Part shown: positions 1 to 16,907 of the stretch, one piece after another
How positions within the stretch are numbered: position 1 is the first letter of the stretch
Layout of the letters: each line of letters opens with the position of its first letter
NCBI GenBank assembly: GCA_900088475.1
Contig: FLMG01000941.1
Location: forward strand, 248,001-312,000
Direction: 5' to 3'
DNA: 64,000 nt
Source: Hyphochytrium catenoides
Lineage: Eukaryota; Protista; Hyphochytriomycota
Notes under the pieces: generated by a model
What the model was told of the DNA's origin: nothing
Seen by the model: only the letters and a program-made list of their open reading frames with translations
Databases searched by the model: none
Program-made: the position numbers and the translations under genes

Positions 1-569
1 CGCTTCTACAAGCGCTTTGTGCGCAGGCACGCATGGCCCGTTGTGAGCATCTAAACGCTGTCTCAGAGAAAACATTAAGTGAGATAAAGAAGCTGCTGTT
101 CCGGACTTTTGAGAGTTGCTGGTCACGCTGCACTTGAGAGAGCGTTATTGTGATCACAGCGCGAGGAACCGCTGCAAAATCACGGTCACCGACGTTCTCA
201 GTCACTTCTACTGATTCCGTCCTCGTGCTATGTATCGCCCTCCGATAGGGTATGAATTGCGAGCGAAGATGGATCATATGAATGGAGACAGAGGGACCGA
301 TCGTGAGAAAGGGGCAGAAAGAACGTCAGCGGGTAAATTTGGTCTTTCTATTGTGGTAGATGATGGTATGATACCACGGTGGGTAAGGTATATTGTGGTT
401 GAGTTCCCTGTGGATGCACTTGCAGGGAATCCGTCTCTACTTACAGGAGGAAGAAATGACTGAGAGAAAGAGGGATATTCGACAAGAGTGAAGAAGAAAG
501 CAAACATATCACAGACTGGAGTGACACAACGAGAGAAGCTTTAAGCGAAAATTCACTAGGATGTGTCAG

Positions 570-4586
<4,017 letters not shown>

Positions 4587-5714
4587 TTGTCCGTCCAAAA
4601 GCCGCCTTTAGCGCGGAGATGAGAAGAAGCGGCGCTTCGTTCTGTTGTCAAGGATAGTAGCTAGACCTCTGCCGATGCCATTGCCGCTGAGATTGGAGCC
4701 AAACCGCGGAAGTAGATCACTTGCTATTGAACCTCATTCCTCTCTCCTATAACACACTGCCATAATTGATCAATGATGTACAGCCTTTATCCTATCGGGC
4801 TCATTCGTCTTGAAACTCTATTGACAATGAAAAAGTCCTTCGTTCCATCCATGCAACTTGTCTTCCTGCAGATGTGGGCGCTGAGTCACGGAGCTTCCCC
4901 TAGCTATCACTATCAGCAGCACCAGCCACGAGGTTGAATCACTTCCTGCCGCTACAGGTACGAACCTACAGCAGGGAAACTGCTTTGACCCTTATGGACA
5001 AGGAAAGAGGTTTCTATTCCCCATCATCTTGGGCACAATTCTATCTCAATACTGTCCCTCCAAGACATAACTAGAAACGACCAAATGCGTCGCTAACGGC
5101 CATTGCAGTTGGTGAAGAAAAGCCAATTATTGCACTGTTCTGTAAAGCTTGTTGCGGATTCATGTCCATGGGCGCCGTCATGCCTCATGACTCATGACTC
5201 GTGTCGCGCGGGGGCAATAGATTCTATCCATCATCACGTAGAATGCGGAGGTCTTCACAAAGTATTCAGGACTCGTCTTTCTATAGAGACCAACTTAGGT
5301 TCTGATGGAGAAAAACTCAAGAATTCAGCGTTAACTATTGGCTTGCATACATGCAGGGATTATCAGAGATCTTCACTATCGGCCATTTCCTTTTTGACTT
5401 TAGCGCGTGGGGAGTCCTAGATCGCATTCTTGATTGCTCTGTACACTTTAAGAGATTGAATTGGAAATCGCCAAGGTCTCGATATTCGATTTACGCTCAG
5501 GAGTCCTTTAGAAAACCTTGCCCCATCGACAGCCCATACGGGCAAGACACCTTGGTTGATTCCTCTCACTTTTCAATTTCCTGAGGCTCTGACAATTAGA
5601 GTCTACCTTTTTAGGGCGGGGCCTTTACTGTTATTGGATCCTATGGCGTCTTCAAAGGATGTCTTTCTCCCCGGAGAGTGCACAGAAGCACTCAAGCGTC
5701 GTCGTCGGGAGTTT

Positions 5715-8495
5715 CTAGCCTACATGCGTGGGACATATTACCACGCGCATCCCATCGCCGCGAACGTTTGCCCAATTGCAACTGGAACCGAGCAGCTGCT
5801 CAAAAATGTGCCCATCACCCAGGAATGTCCGCACACTGTTCAGAGCGAAACTCTTCAAGAACAAAGCCTTCTCCACCGGCACGGAGTTGATTGTTTGCAG
5901 TTGCCATGCCGCCACTTGTTTCACTAACACATATCCAAATGGTTTTGCCAGGCTTCCAAAAGTAACGTCTTTGAAAGATTACCAACATGCAGGCACGGAC
6001 AGCCTCCGACCGGAGGAGTGGCCAGAACCATTCCAACGACAGCCATCCTTCTCGGGATAGGAGGTACCAGCCATTTGTTCTAGTGTTTGTCTCAGTGGCC
6101 ATTCTCCTGAGCAGCTCTTGCAGTCTGGCACTGCATGTGTTCATGAAGTCGTCGAACGGCACACTGCTCTGAGAAAAAGCGAGATCCCCGCTTGCAACAG
6201 CTTCATTATGCTCTCTCGTTTACAAATGGACCTCGGCCCTTTTCGGGCCACATGGTTGTTGAACTAAGGGCAGGTTTGCTTCAAAAGCATCATCTCAGCG
6301 GTGAACATCGGAGATACACTATAAATTTCAATACAAAAGGACCCTCCTATTCCACTGTCCTATGGCGGAGCTAGTAACAAAATATCTGCTCAGAATCTAT
6401 ATCAAAGGCAGAGAAAACCAGTGAGAACAGCTTTTCTTTCCATCCCCGCACCCTTAGAGTCATAAGAGAGCTCCGGTTCCGGCCGGTAGGCTAACCCAGC
6501 AAGCAGAAGATGGTTAGGTATGAGTGTCGTCTTCGATGTCAGTAGGAGCCGCGGCGTCCAAAACACTTTCTTGTATCTCTCCTGCTTGAGGCTCCGCTGA
6601 CTGCATAGGTGCAGGGAGCTCTTGAGGTAGGTCGTGCTCATCAAGAGCGGGGTGATGTTCTTCTATCGTATCCGCGGCAATTCCCTCTTCCTCACCATGA
6701 AAGTGTGTCTCTACTTCTTTACTCTCTTCCAGTCGTGGAACCGGATCTCCTTCCAAGGTTGCTGAGATGGATAAATCGTGGCCGACATCATTTGGGTCTG
6801 ATGGCGCGATCTCTGGCTCTCCTTCAGCGCTGATCAGTCTCTCTGCATCGTCGACTACTTCCATTCTTTCCCCAGACCAGGGGTCTTGATCTTTGTCGGC
6901 ACCCTCAGCCAAATCTTCTTCCGTCATTGCTTCCATTGCTGAGGAAGAACATAAGTCAGCAAAAGCCTATTAACCTTACCCTGCAACATTACAGCAGCTT
7001 GGATACGGAAGGTGGAGACGGAGATGGTCCAGGATAACGAGGATATGTAGCTATCCCATATCAACGATAACAAGTCCAAACCTTTTACGGCTTTCTTCTC
7101 TAAGGACTTACCTTCTCGAGCGATTGCATTTTGAAGGCTCTCATCCCTGTCCTCTCCAGGAATCAATCGCCGGACTGCAACTCCACCTTCACCTGCATCC
7201 CCACGTGGGTCCGACTGGAGGTGATTTTCGTCGGCGACGTGCTGGGAATCAGGCTGTGACCGTGACAGCCAATGATTGATCTCATCCACAGCAGCTTGCT
7301 CCTCCGGAGAGAGTGCGGACAATCTGTCCGACGCTATGTTCTCTCCCTCATCGCTTGGGGCTGGGAGGTTCTCTTGCAGGTCAGGTAGAAGAGAGTTCAA
7401 GTTTAGCGTAAGCAGGAGGTTACAATCTATTGAAATCTCCATCTCTATCGGCTAACTGTCTATCGCTATTTGGCGGACTTCTCATACGGTGTACCTCGCA
7501 TACGAGGCTCTTTGCTACTAATCACAGCAGAGGCGTACCCTCACCGCTTGAGTATGACTCGTACCTGGGAGGTCTTTGCGGAACGGGAGATCTTCTTTCT
7601 CGGTCACTGCAGCAGTGGCCACTGGGAGCTGCGCTCCTTCGGTGGGACTCTGGTGCGGGTTATCTGCTACCTCCGAACCCTTGACATCCCCTTTACCTCC
7701 TTTGCCACCATCCTGTTCAGGAGAAGCTGATGACGGGACTTCTGGTAGAGGGATAATGAGAGGCTCTGCTTCCTCCTTCATCAGTGGAGCGGCTGCTATG
7801 GATTTCTTCTTTGTGCTTGCTAATGACGGAGTTGGCACCGAGTCCAACTCAGGGAGAGGTAGCACCAGGGCCTCAGGTTCTTCTGCCGGCATTGAAGTAG
7901 GTGCTGGTTTGTCTTCAGGAACAATCGAAGTAGAGCGTTGCATAAGCTCCATCCTTGCTTTTCGCCGTGCCGCCTATGAATGCGTATTTTAGTTTTCAGG
8001 GGACAGAAGAATTGGGGGAGAGGGAGAGAGAAAGAGAGAGAAGAGAGAGAGNNNNNNNNNNNNNNNNNNNNNNNNNNNNAGAGAGAGAGAGAGAGAGAGA
8101 GCGAGCAACTGAAGGAAGAGAACTCAATAAGTCACAAACAGGGACCATTTTAAGAAGTCCGAAGAACAAGCTCTGCGCCAGCATAGGGTTGGCATAAGAG
8201 GTGAAGGGCGTCAATGAGATGGGCTTTGATCGTAGGGGATATACGAGTAAGGGATACGATGAAACAAGAAGAAAGAAGGATAGAAAAGTCAAAAGTGACA
8301 AGGCAGGATAGAGTCTGTGGCCCGTGTGTGACGTACGTTGAGGTCCTTCCATGGCCTGACCACGAACACGATAAAGAGGGTAGAAGAAAGTACGAGGCCT
8401 CCTGCAAGGATGGCGCAAAGATATAGGATCACCAATATTGACTCGCTTTTCAGCTCTTGAAGTTCCTCAGGAGGCATGACCAAAAGAGAAGACAT
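5715..8495 (-). CDS. Probable multi-exon hypothetical protein, acidic and Pro-rich low complexity; ends uncertain
   Basis: Consecutive minus-strand ORFs (7518-7975, 6924-7442, 6514-6936, 5815-6162, 5715-5930), several E/D/P-rich, with plausible splice sites. No family recognised and the exon chain is not fully resolved. Confidence 0.35.
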
Positions 8496-9548
8496 TGTGC
8501 TTTATTGCTTCTCTCTCTCTGACTCTCTTTATCTTATGGGCACTCGTCTTTGTCCTCCCCTTCAGCTACCAAGAGGTAGGCTCCGATCTAGTAGTGCCTG
8601 GGCCTACTGCATCTGCTGCCAATCACGGCCCCACGCTAATCTTCCTCCATCATCCTCGGCTTAGGACGCCTTGGCTATGCATCCATCAGAGCGGCCGTTC
8701 TAGCTGGAGAACTTTGGTGATATGATCTCTGTCAACATGTCAGGTAGACGATGAGAGGCATTGACGCTGTCTGTCTTCCGATAGCTGGCACGGACGATCT
8801 TTCTCGCAACTGCCTTTTCTTCCCTTGTTCCTCCCTTTGTAGATTTCCTCATACTCTCAATCCACCTCACGTAATCCAATTCCCTCCCACGACCATCAGC
8901 CATTCTCTCTTTCCCTTGTTCTTATTCCTTTCTCTCTACATTCTCTCTCTCTTTCGCTCGCCTTTTCTCTTNNNNNNNNNNNNNNNNNNCTCTCTCTCTC
9001 CCCCTCTCTCGCTCTCTCACTCGCTCTCGCTCTCGCTCTCTGTCTCTCCACTCACTGACTCTCTCTGTTTCTCCATATCTCTCCTTTCCGCAAGCTTCGA
9101 CCATCGTTCCATCTTCCTCTACCCCTTGGCACAAGCCAGCCAGCACCAATGCCCGTCAAACACTGACCAGGAGTATATCTTCCCCAGCCGACGGGCGAGA
9201 GGTGGAGATTAAGGTTTGTAACCACCCTCTCTCTGTACTCCCCCAGGAGCTACTTGAACCTAAATAAATGTGGCTTCACATCATCTTTGCAGCCTCGCTC
9301 TTCTTCGCTCTGATTCGCATGATCTGCGGCCGGCGAGAAGGAGATTTATCGGCCTTTTGTTGAGCTCTGGACTAAGCTCTTCAGGCCCGGGCAGCATAGA
9401 TCAGAGAAAGAGAGAGCTATGGGGTTCTGACTGAGAAGGAAAAGGATAGCAGTCATCTTCGTCACGTGAGAGTTGGTGCTCGTTCTAGCAGAGCATTTGT
9501 CGGTTGTTAACGTTGTACTCTGTTGGTCTTCGTAGCGGTTGACAGAAC

Positions 9549-12472
9549 ATGTTTCGGCTGGGTAGAGCCGTGCAAGGACTCCGGCGAGGAGAGAGTCTGC
9601 ACCGCTTTTCGAGGCCAGCAAATCGTTTCTTTGCAGCACTAGCCTCTGAGGAGAGCTTTATAATCACCTCCGCTAAGGTGCTCGCTTTTCACTTTCTCTT
9701 TGCAAGGCAGAATCTATTCATTCAATCTCTATCATCGTCTGCCCTCCCTGAAGCCTCGTTTGTCCATCGATGGTTCTGTTATTATCCAGCTAGCTGCTTC
9801 TACCTAGAAACTCACGTCCGTTGCTGTGCTACCCCTACTATTGCTGTAGCCCTATGAACGGTATATAGAGGTCACATGGCAGGATGGGGCTTCTGCTCGT
9901 CTACATAACGTGTGGCTTAGAGACCACTGTCGCTGCCCCTCGTGCCTCAACCCAAAGTCCTCCCAAAGGCAGGTTGACACTTTACGCATTCCACTGACCT
10001 TGAAGCCCCAAAAGGTGCAGGTGCAAGGTTAGGGAAAAGACAACACCTTAACGAACATCCTGCCATTTCCAAGCTTCGAAAGATGCCCTCAGCTTCTGTC
10101 GCCTTTTCACTACGTCTTTTCTCCCTTCTCTTGTTCGGTGACGCTATAATTTATCTTATCCCATTGTCCCTTTTCGAAACCCTGATCTTAGTACTTGGAG
10201 AACGCTATTGCTCACAGTTGCTCCTGTCACCGTGTAGACGGCCATTTGGGAGTTCAATGGGGAGAGGTGGAGACTGGACCGTGCCAAGACAGTGTCTTTG
10301 ATGGCCAATGGCTGAGACAACACAGCTACGATCTTCCTAAAGACAGGAGAGCCAAGAAGATGCCAGGGGTTCGCCCTGTAACCTGGTCTGGAGATTTGCT
10401 CCAGACGAGTTTGCCAGAGATAGACTATGAGACCATCATGGGCAGGTAAGTTGCATGTCAGATAGTAAGAGAGAGCTCAGAAAGGTTGATGACACGGGAA
10501 GGAAGCGAACTGCCCTAGAACTGGTACATGGATTGTAAGCGGCAGTGGAACTGATCGCCATGGCATCCCGATATAACGAGAATTGCCCCATGTTCCATCC
10601 TGTGTCTCATCATCCTTTTCGCTGCATTGTCTCTCATCATGCTGAACACTTTCAGTGAAGAAGGTCTAAGGAAAGGCCTCTCCCTCTATGCAACTTATGG
10701 GCTTCTCTTTGTGCTACGGACTCCTCCCACTGTCCAGGCCACAGAGGCCTTCGCACGGCGCCTGGCTTTTGTTAAAGAGACCTTGTACGGCTTGATGTGG
10801 TCTACCAGCACCGAGAATCCAGATGAGGTGAGTAGGATGAGATCTAGTGACCTCTTTGTCTTGCCTATCTCCAATATGTCTTTTCTCTGTCGGTTTTTCT
10901 TTAGATCTTTCCTTTCTTATTCCCTTCTGGAAATACAGGTTCTCCCTATCGAAGGGAGTCGTGTATATCTCCGGGACGCTGATGTCTCTTCGTAGTATTT
11001 CAAAATGCTTGCTTGTTCTTACTACTGTCGTTACCTGACCTGAAGTTCCTCATTTGCTCATACACTGCTATCTGTCGAACAGAGACGATTTGGTTACTTG
11101 GCTCTAAGCAGTCTTATTTGAGATCCATGTCGCTTTGCCTGCATTTGCTCTGACTGTCTCTCTCGTCGCCCTTTTAATGTCCGCCAGGAGTTCAGCGATA
11201 CGGCGTACACCAATCTAGAATTAGGCGCCCATACGGATTGTACTTATCTTCGTGATCCAGTCGGCGTTCAGATATTTAACTGCGTTCGACAAGGGCAGGA
11301 AGGAGGACAGAGCCGGTTTGTTGATGGCTTCAAAGTCATAGAGATTCTCAAGGTAAGGAAGGGAGGATCCTTGTTTCGCTATTGCACAACTTTTACCGTG
11401 CCACTTGTGATTAGGTTGTACTTATACCGTTCATCCATTCCCAGCTTTCTCAACCATAGCCTTAGTTCCCCCTTACCCTTGAGTTCCCCTTTCTTTGCTT
11501 CATCAAAAATTCTTCGCTAGCTGCTGACGCATGGACAGGAGAGATCACGAGAAGCGTATGATTTTTTCTCAAGGACGGCCCTCCCGCAGCAAACATTAGA
11601 TGACGGATATATTCTACGAACCATGGAACCCACGATCAAGTGCGTAGGGTATAGCACGCACCGTTTGATACAGCACCGGGAGCACTATGACGTCCTTGAA
11701 AGAAGGAACCTTCTTGCTTTGCTGGGTTTGAGCAGACAAGGGATCTAAGAGGGGGAGAATTGATCTAGGAGGAGAGAGAGAGAGACAGTAGAGAGCAAAC
11801 TTGCTGCTGCATCTTACTCTTTCCACCTTGCAGGCTGAAGCATGATGGGAGTCCGGACACATTTCGCTTCAATGACTATGATCGGTCTGTGCTTGATCAC
11901 CTGTCTTTTGAGCAGGTAGAGGAATTCTATACGCATCACAAGGTGAGATCTCCTTTTCTCTTTCTATTGCTGTTATCCCTAATTATTACTACTATGGCGC
12001 TTTACCCTGTTTGTTAGCCTTTCGATGTCAGAGAGGTCACCAGTATCCTTCCCTCCGAAGCACCTTAGCTTCTCGCGTATTTTGAAGCTCCTCCCTGTCT
12101 CCCGCTATTGCCCTGCTGGTCGTTATGTCTTTGAGTGGTCTCCTCTTCTGCTCCCTTTCGCGTGATTATCCTCATTGGACCACTTCCATCCATTGCCCTC
12201 TCTATTCCCTAATGTCGACTTCCTAGTCTCAACATATCTCTCGTTTGTTTCCACCATCGCTCTATACCCTGTTCTGTCAGCTGCTCGCGTCAATAGTGAA
12301 AGACCCATCGTTGGAGCTCGCCATTCGACTCGCGGAGGGAACAATGGCAGTTGTGGACAATCAGCGAGTCATGCACGGCCGTTATGCGTTTCAGGGTAGA
12401 AGGAGACTGATAGGTTGTTACTTGGGTAGAGACGAAGTGGATAGTAAGCTCCGAGAGCTTGGAATGTTATGA
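9549..12472 (+). CDS. Trimethyllysine dioxygenase / gamma-butyrobetaine hydroxylase family (Fe(II)/2OG, TauD fold), probable mitochondrial presequence
   Basis: Arg-rich N-terminus MFRLGRAVQGLRR. Motifs: WLRDHCRCPSC, DTAYTNLELGAHTD (HxD), GGQSRFVDGF, FRFNDYDR, VDNQRVMHGRYAFQGRRRLIGCY. About 8 exons with GT-AG introns. Confidence 0.9.
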
Positions 12473-13497
12473 CGCGATGATACAGGATAACCCGATAATG
12501 ATAGCAGCATTTATTCAATCACTTCATCTGATTGACGATGAAGCGGAAGGCGATGCCCAACTTGACAAGGGGAATGGCGGCGCATGGATCCAAGATGTGG
12601 TGTCTAGCTTTTTAAGCAGTGCGAGTTCACAGAGATTCAGGGACTTCAGTCAGCCATCGCCGTCAAGAAAGCAGAGCCTGGAGCTTTGCAGATCATTTGG
12701 ATCTGACCTCTTGCTGCGCTCTCCCCTCTAGGTAGATGCAAACTAGGTGTGCCTTTGTTGGGCACATATAGTTCTATTATAATTTGGCTTCATTGTTATT
12801 ATGCAGCTGCTGTAGCGCACGAACCTGCATACTTCAACAAGCTCTTCAATCTTCAATCAATCAAGAGTGGAGATCTGATTTCTTGGGTTAGGGTAATGCT
12901 AATGAGAGTCTTCATTCCGAAGTAGCAAAGATGACCGGAGGGAAGCGCCTGTGCTACACAAGAACGGATTCTTGGAGGCGTGTGTGGCTGTGGCTGTGCT
13001 ATCAAGACTTTTGTGGACCTGGGAAGAGCGAGCGTTAACCACCCTGGGAGTTCCAGAAGACTCAGTGGCGAGAGGAGCGTTCTATCAAAAACGGAATCAC
13101 CTCAGAAAGTACCACAAGGAGTTCAAGAAGCGCACGCCTATAAGCTGCAGGGGAGAGATGCGAGAAAACGGCAGGATCGCAGCCTCGAGACTGTGGCTGA
13201 CGAGAATATTAACTACTCTACCAATATTGTCTCTCTTAGTGGTGAAGCCTATGGATTCGCCAAGCAACGTATACCGACTCCTGCTGCTACCACTACAAAC
13301 AAGCGGAAGAGGGTGCGGCCGCATGTAAACGTTGTGAGTCTACGTCTCATCGCACGTATAAGTGTGATTTTCTCGGTGGTGGTGGAGTTCAGCCAATGAA
13401 TAAGAAGGAGAAGAGACCCAGGAAACGAGTTGATGAGGTTGACATGAGCTACATTATAAAGAACAATCTACTAAGATAATAGAGATTGATTTGCCCT

Positions 13498-14232
13498 CTA
13501 TGATGCAGCTTTTTTAAAATGGGTGTATATGCCATCAGGCTCAGACCACTTCTCTCTTACTGCTTTAATCACACAGGGAGGAAGGTCTTTCCGATTCCCT
13601 TGGCCTCTTACATCAAAAACATTGGTGCTGTACCAGTAGTGGGCTATATGTCTCCTGTGACCTAAAGGCATGGTGGAGCAATCGTCAGCATCTTTATAGG
13701 AATCTTCTACAAAAGGGCATTCATCCCAGATGCGACGCACGTCGTCGGGCAGTGGGTATAGAGCCATCACACAGTTAGTGAAGTGCAAAATTGAAGTGGA
13801 GCAGTACGCTCCATTGCATATACCACTGGATTGCTCTGGTGTCAGGGAGGGAGGAAGTTCGACTCTAAGCGCCGTCCTCGAGGATTTGGCACCAAAGCTG
13901 GCGGTATCGGGTAGTACGTAAGCGACGGGTAGCTGCTTCTTGCAAGGATCTAGAGGAGGGCCATCCTCCCAAGTAAAGTCTAGAACATTGATCACCTTGT
14001 ACGTTTTATCAACCTTCGTATAGATGATTGGAGCGTATGTTGTGATCACCATCAAGCGCTTCTTTGGTAGATAAGCCTCTCCAAGCTCGAAGTCATCAGG
14101 CAGCTCTCGAGTAACCTTGCTTAACATCTGCGAAGCCACTCGACCATTTAGGAGGCTTCCTCCATCAGTGAGCTGTTTGTTGTCTGATCTTAAAGTTCCT
14201 GCGTCGGGTTCCGACTGCGACGACAGGTTCAA
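13498..14232 (-). CDS. ORF (probably the 3' part of a disrupted gene) ending in a P2X7 C-terminal ballast / Kolobok KolX-like motif
   Basis: C-terminus RRHIAHYWYSTNVFDVRGQGNRKDLPPCVIKAVREKWSEPDGIYTHFK matches my recollection of the pattern R-x3-Y...G-x-GNR-x2-(I/L)P-x-CV-x3-(I/V)R-x2-(Y/W)...G-x-Y-x-(G/H)F. Upstream minus-strand ORFs (14165-14404, 14386-14649) are in other frames. Confidence 0.55.
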   Translation of the reverse strand: MNLSSQSEPDAGTLRSDNKQLTDGGSLLNGRVASQMLSKVTRELPDDFELGEAYLPKKRLMVITTYAPIIYTKVDKTYKVINVLDFTWEDGPPLDPCKKQLPVAYVLPDTASFGAKSSRTALRVELPPSLTPEQSSGICNGAYCSTSILHFTNCVMALYPLPDDVRRIWDECPFVEDSYKDADDCSTMPLGHRRHIAHYWYSTNVFDVRGQGNRKDLPPCVIKAVREKWSEPDGIYTHFKKAAS

Positions 14233-14981
14233 CGACCAGCTTCACCACATATAGACGTAGGTCTTTGCTCTCAGTAGTCAGAGCCGCATCCTCTGAGGTA
14301 ATGAGGGTCCTTATAGATCCTGGTATCACTCCGCAGTTATGTAAAAGCTCATGAAGCGCTGTAATGGAGGTATGCAGGAACTGTGTTATTGAGAGGAAGA
14401 CCATGCCACAATATTGAGTACCTCTTTGTCCGTGTGATGTCGTGCTCTTGGGTCTCTCTTCGCAGACTTTGCCGACTCTTTTCGTTCGCGGGGAGTACTC
14501 TTCTTAAGCCTTTTGAAGGTGCTACTGCTAGTGCCATCAGTGGTGCCCGTGCCCTTGACTTCCTTTCGCTGCGCCTCGTTACGCTTCAGCTTAGGAGTGA
14601 TGCTATTAATATCACAAGTCGCAGTGGCATTGGTTACCCTAAGTCTCATCTCATTAGGAGTGACAAAGGTTGGGCCGCTTTCACCGCCGCCGCCGCTTGG
14701 TGGGCTTAAGAGAAGTGACGATTCCCGAACAGAGAGTTACTGGGACTAGGAGAAGATGACGGTAGTAACACCTTTTCCTATTCCTCTTCTCAATCTTGAC
14801 GACGTCTCAAACTCTTCAGTCCCACCAAAAGAAGCGGCAAAATGTTTAATTGAGGTCTTCAGATATGCCCATTTCCAGTGTCAGGAAGGTAGCGAAGAAA
14901 CTGAAGGCGGTAGATCTTAAGATAAGTGGGGGATGGCCACGAAGGAGGTCTAAGAACTGCCGGAGCTTCAGAGCCAGGTCA

Positions 14982-15053
14982 NNNNNNNNNNNNNNNNNNN
15001 NNNNNNNNNNNNNNNNNNNNNNNNNNNNNNNNNNNNNNNNNNNNNNNNNNNNN
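14982..15053. other. Assembly gap (N run); others at ~8052-8079, ~8972-8989 and ~31099-31130 lie in AG/CT microsatellites
   Basis: Runs of n in the sequence. Confidence 0.98.
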
Positions 15054-16907
15054 AAAACAGCACGGACAGAGACACTGGAAGGATGATGATGAAGACCCTG
15101 GTATGACGGACGAAGGTCTCCATCCACAGCATCGCACGAAGAGAGAAGCTTGATTCTTCTCATCTGAGTCATCTTCTATCAGGATAGCAAGTGAACACGA
15201 GCATGTTCAGCGATAAGCAGAAAAGCGCGGGAGATCACCTTGTGACCCAATTTATTCATCTTTGTATCAACCAACCAGCGAAAATAGGTCTCTTCAAGCC
15301 AACTGAAGGAATATAAAGGGGGTTTCGAATTTCTTCAGATATCCCCTCGTAGTCTCGCTTTTTCTATAGCGTACTTTAATCTTGAAGCCAGAGAGGTGCC
15401 TTACCCTAAAACGATTAAAAGACGGTTAGAAGGACCATAGGTACAGATTCAGCACTTGTCACTTGAAATTTACAAAAGGGTCATCAAAGTCTGAGACTCA
15501 AGAGACTACGGCAGACTAGAGACTAGAGACTTGAACTGATGAATTTTTTATAGGATCCCTGTAACGGGGGGAAAAAGATAACTGATTTTGATATCTAGCT
15601 GCGATTCATGTCTTCTTGATTCGTTCATGGTGTGATTGGCCCAACTGACAGCTTTGTACATCGTACAGCTGACGTTGATCCTTGCCCTAACACAGCTCAT
15701 CAAAAGGCTGTATTATTGTAGACAGTGTGTAAGCACAGACTCTTCGGAGTTGCCAGGAATGTCCAGTTCCTCGTGAGTCGTGGTAGATAATCTATAGAAC
15801 TCATAGAGCGTTAGGAGAGGTAGAGCTGCTGCGAGGAAGACTCACAGAACAGCCACCACAAACAGAACACAAACAAGACCTAAAATTAGGGAACAAAAGA
15901 AGAAGCTTCTAATCCTTTCACCCACCCGTTTCTTCTATGCTCCACATACCCGTGATTACCCGTTATGTCAAGGTTTTATCCTATTTTTTCAGGACTTTCT
16001 CAGCTCTAAAAATGCCTGCCACCCTACTTAGCTGGGAGAGGTGATCAGATCTAACTGTCCCACCCGCCCTATCTGGCCAATGAAAGGGCAGGGTAGAGCA
16101 GGTCTGAGGACAGCATCAAAGTACGACAGAAGTGCACCGCAAGCTTATAGAAGCCAGCAGGGGAGAAAAGGAAGAGAATAATGGAAAGCCATCTCCTAAA
16201 AGCCTTGCATCGCTCCCTGATCATTATCCGGAGCCTGTACCAATGAAAGCCCAATCAATAGGGCTTATTGTACCTACCGTTGTCGAACATGTGCCGCCTA
16301 AATGTCTTCGCTTTCTCTCCTCACTCAAGTTGTTCCAGTTCTATCCTAGGGGCCTCAAAACTAATAGCCCTTTAGTCAAAAGCTCTCGGGCTTCCTAAGC
16401 GATTAAGCCTCATACCAAATCGAAGACCAAGAAAGGCCAAAGGGGCTGTAGAGGTTAAATAGGAGAATGTACCAAAGCATCATCAGTGACTGATGTGATT
16501 CCATTTCTGAGAGGGAGGTCAGAGGACGGACCAGGGACGGACTCTTCTCTCTCATCTCTCCAGTGTTTAGGCGACATTATTCCTCCTGTTTAGGCTCTGT
16601 ATCTCTCCGTCGCCTCTCTCTTCTCAGAGTACGGTCATTTGCCCACTCTGTTTGGCTCGTTTGGCAACCCGTACAAAGTAGCCTTATGTGGAACCCCTCA
16701 CACTCCTCCTTTGAGCCATCAAATGCACCAGTGCAGCTAGTGCACCACACTCTCTACAGCCTCATTTTCGAATTGCGGGCTCAAGCGGCAGATTGGAGCG
16801 AATTAAGTCTGCAGATTTGGAGCTCCAATAATCTTCGTGTCTGCCAAATACATTTCATAAGGAAGGACCAGACAAATTGCCGGTGTCGCTCTTCATCACC
16901 TGCCATA

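Noticed and set aside
12887-15409. Inverted 9-mer ttagggtaa / ttaccctaa as TIRs of the KolX-like island
   Set aside because: Too short, does not extend, no TSD, and resembles a common telomere-like motif.
16563-16907. 115-aa N-terminal extension of the importin ORF from a GTG start
   Set aside because: Non-ATG start in a eukaryote; importin homology begins at the IBB just after the ATG at 16908.
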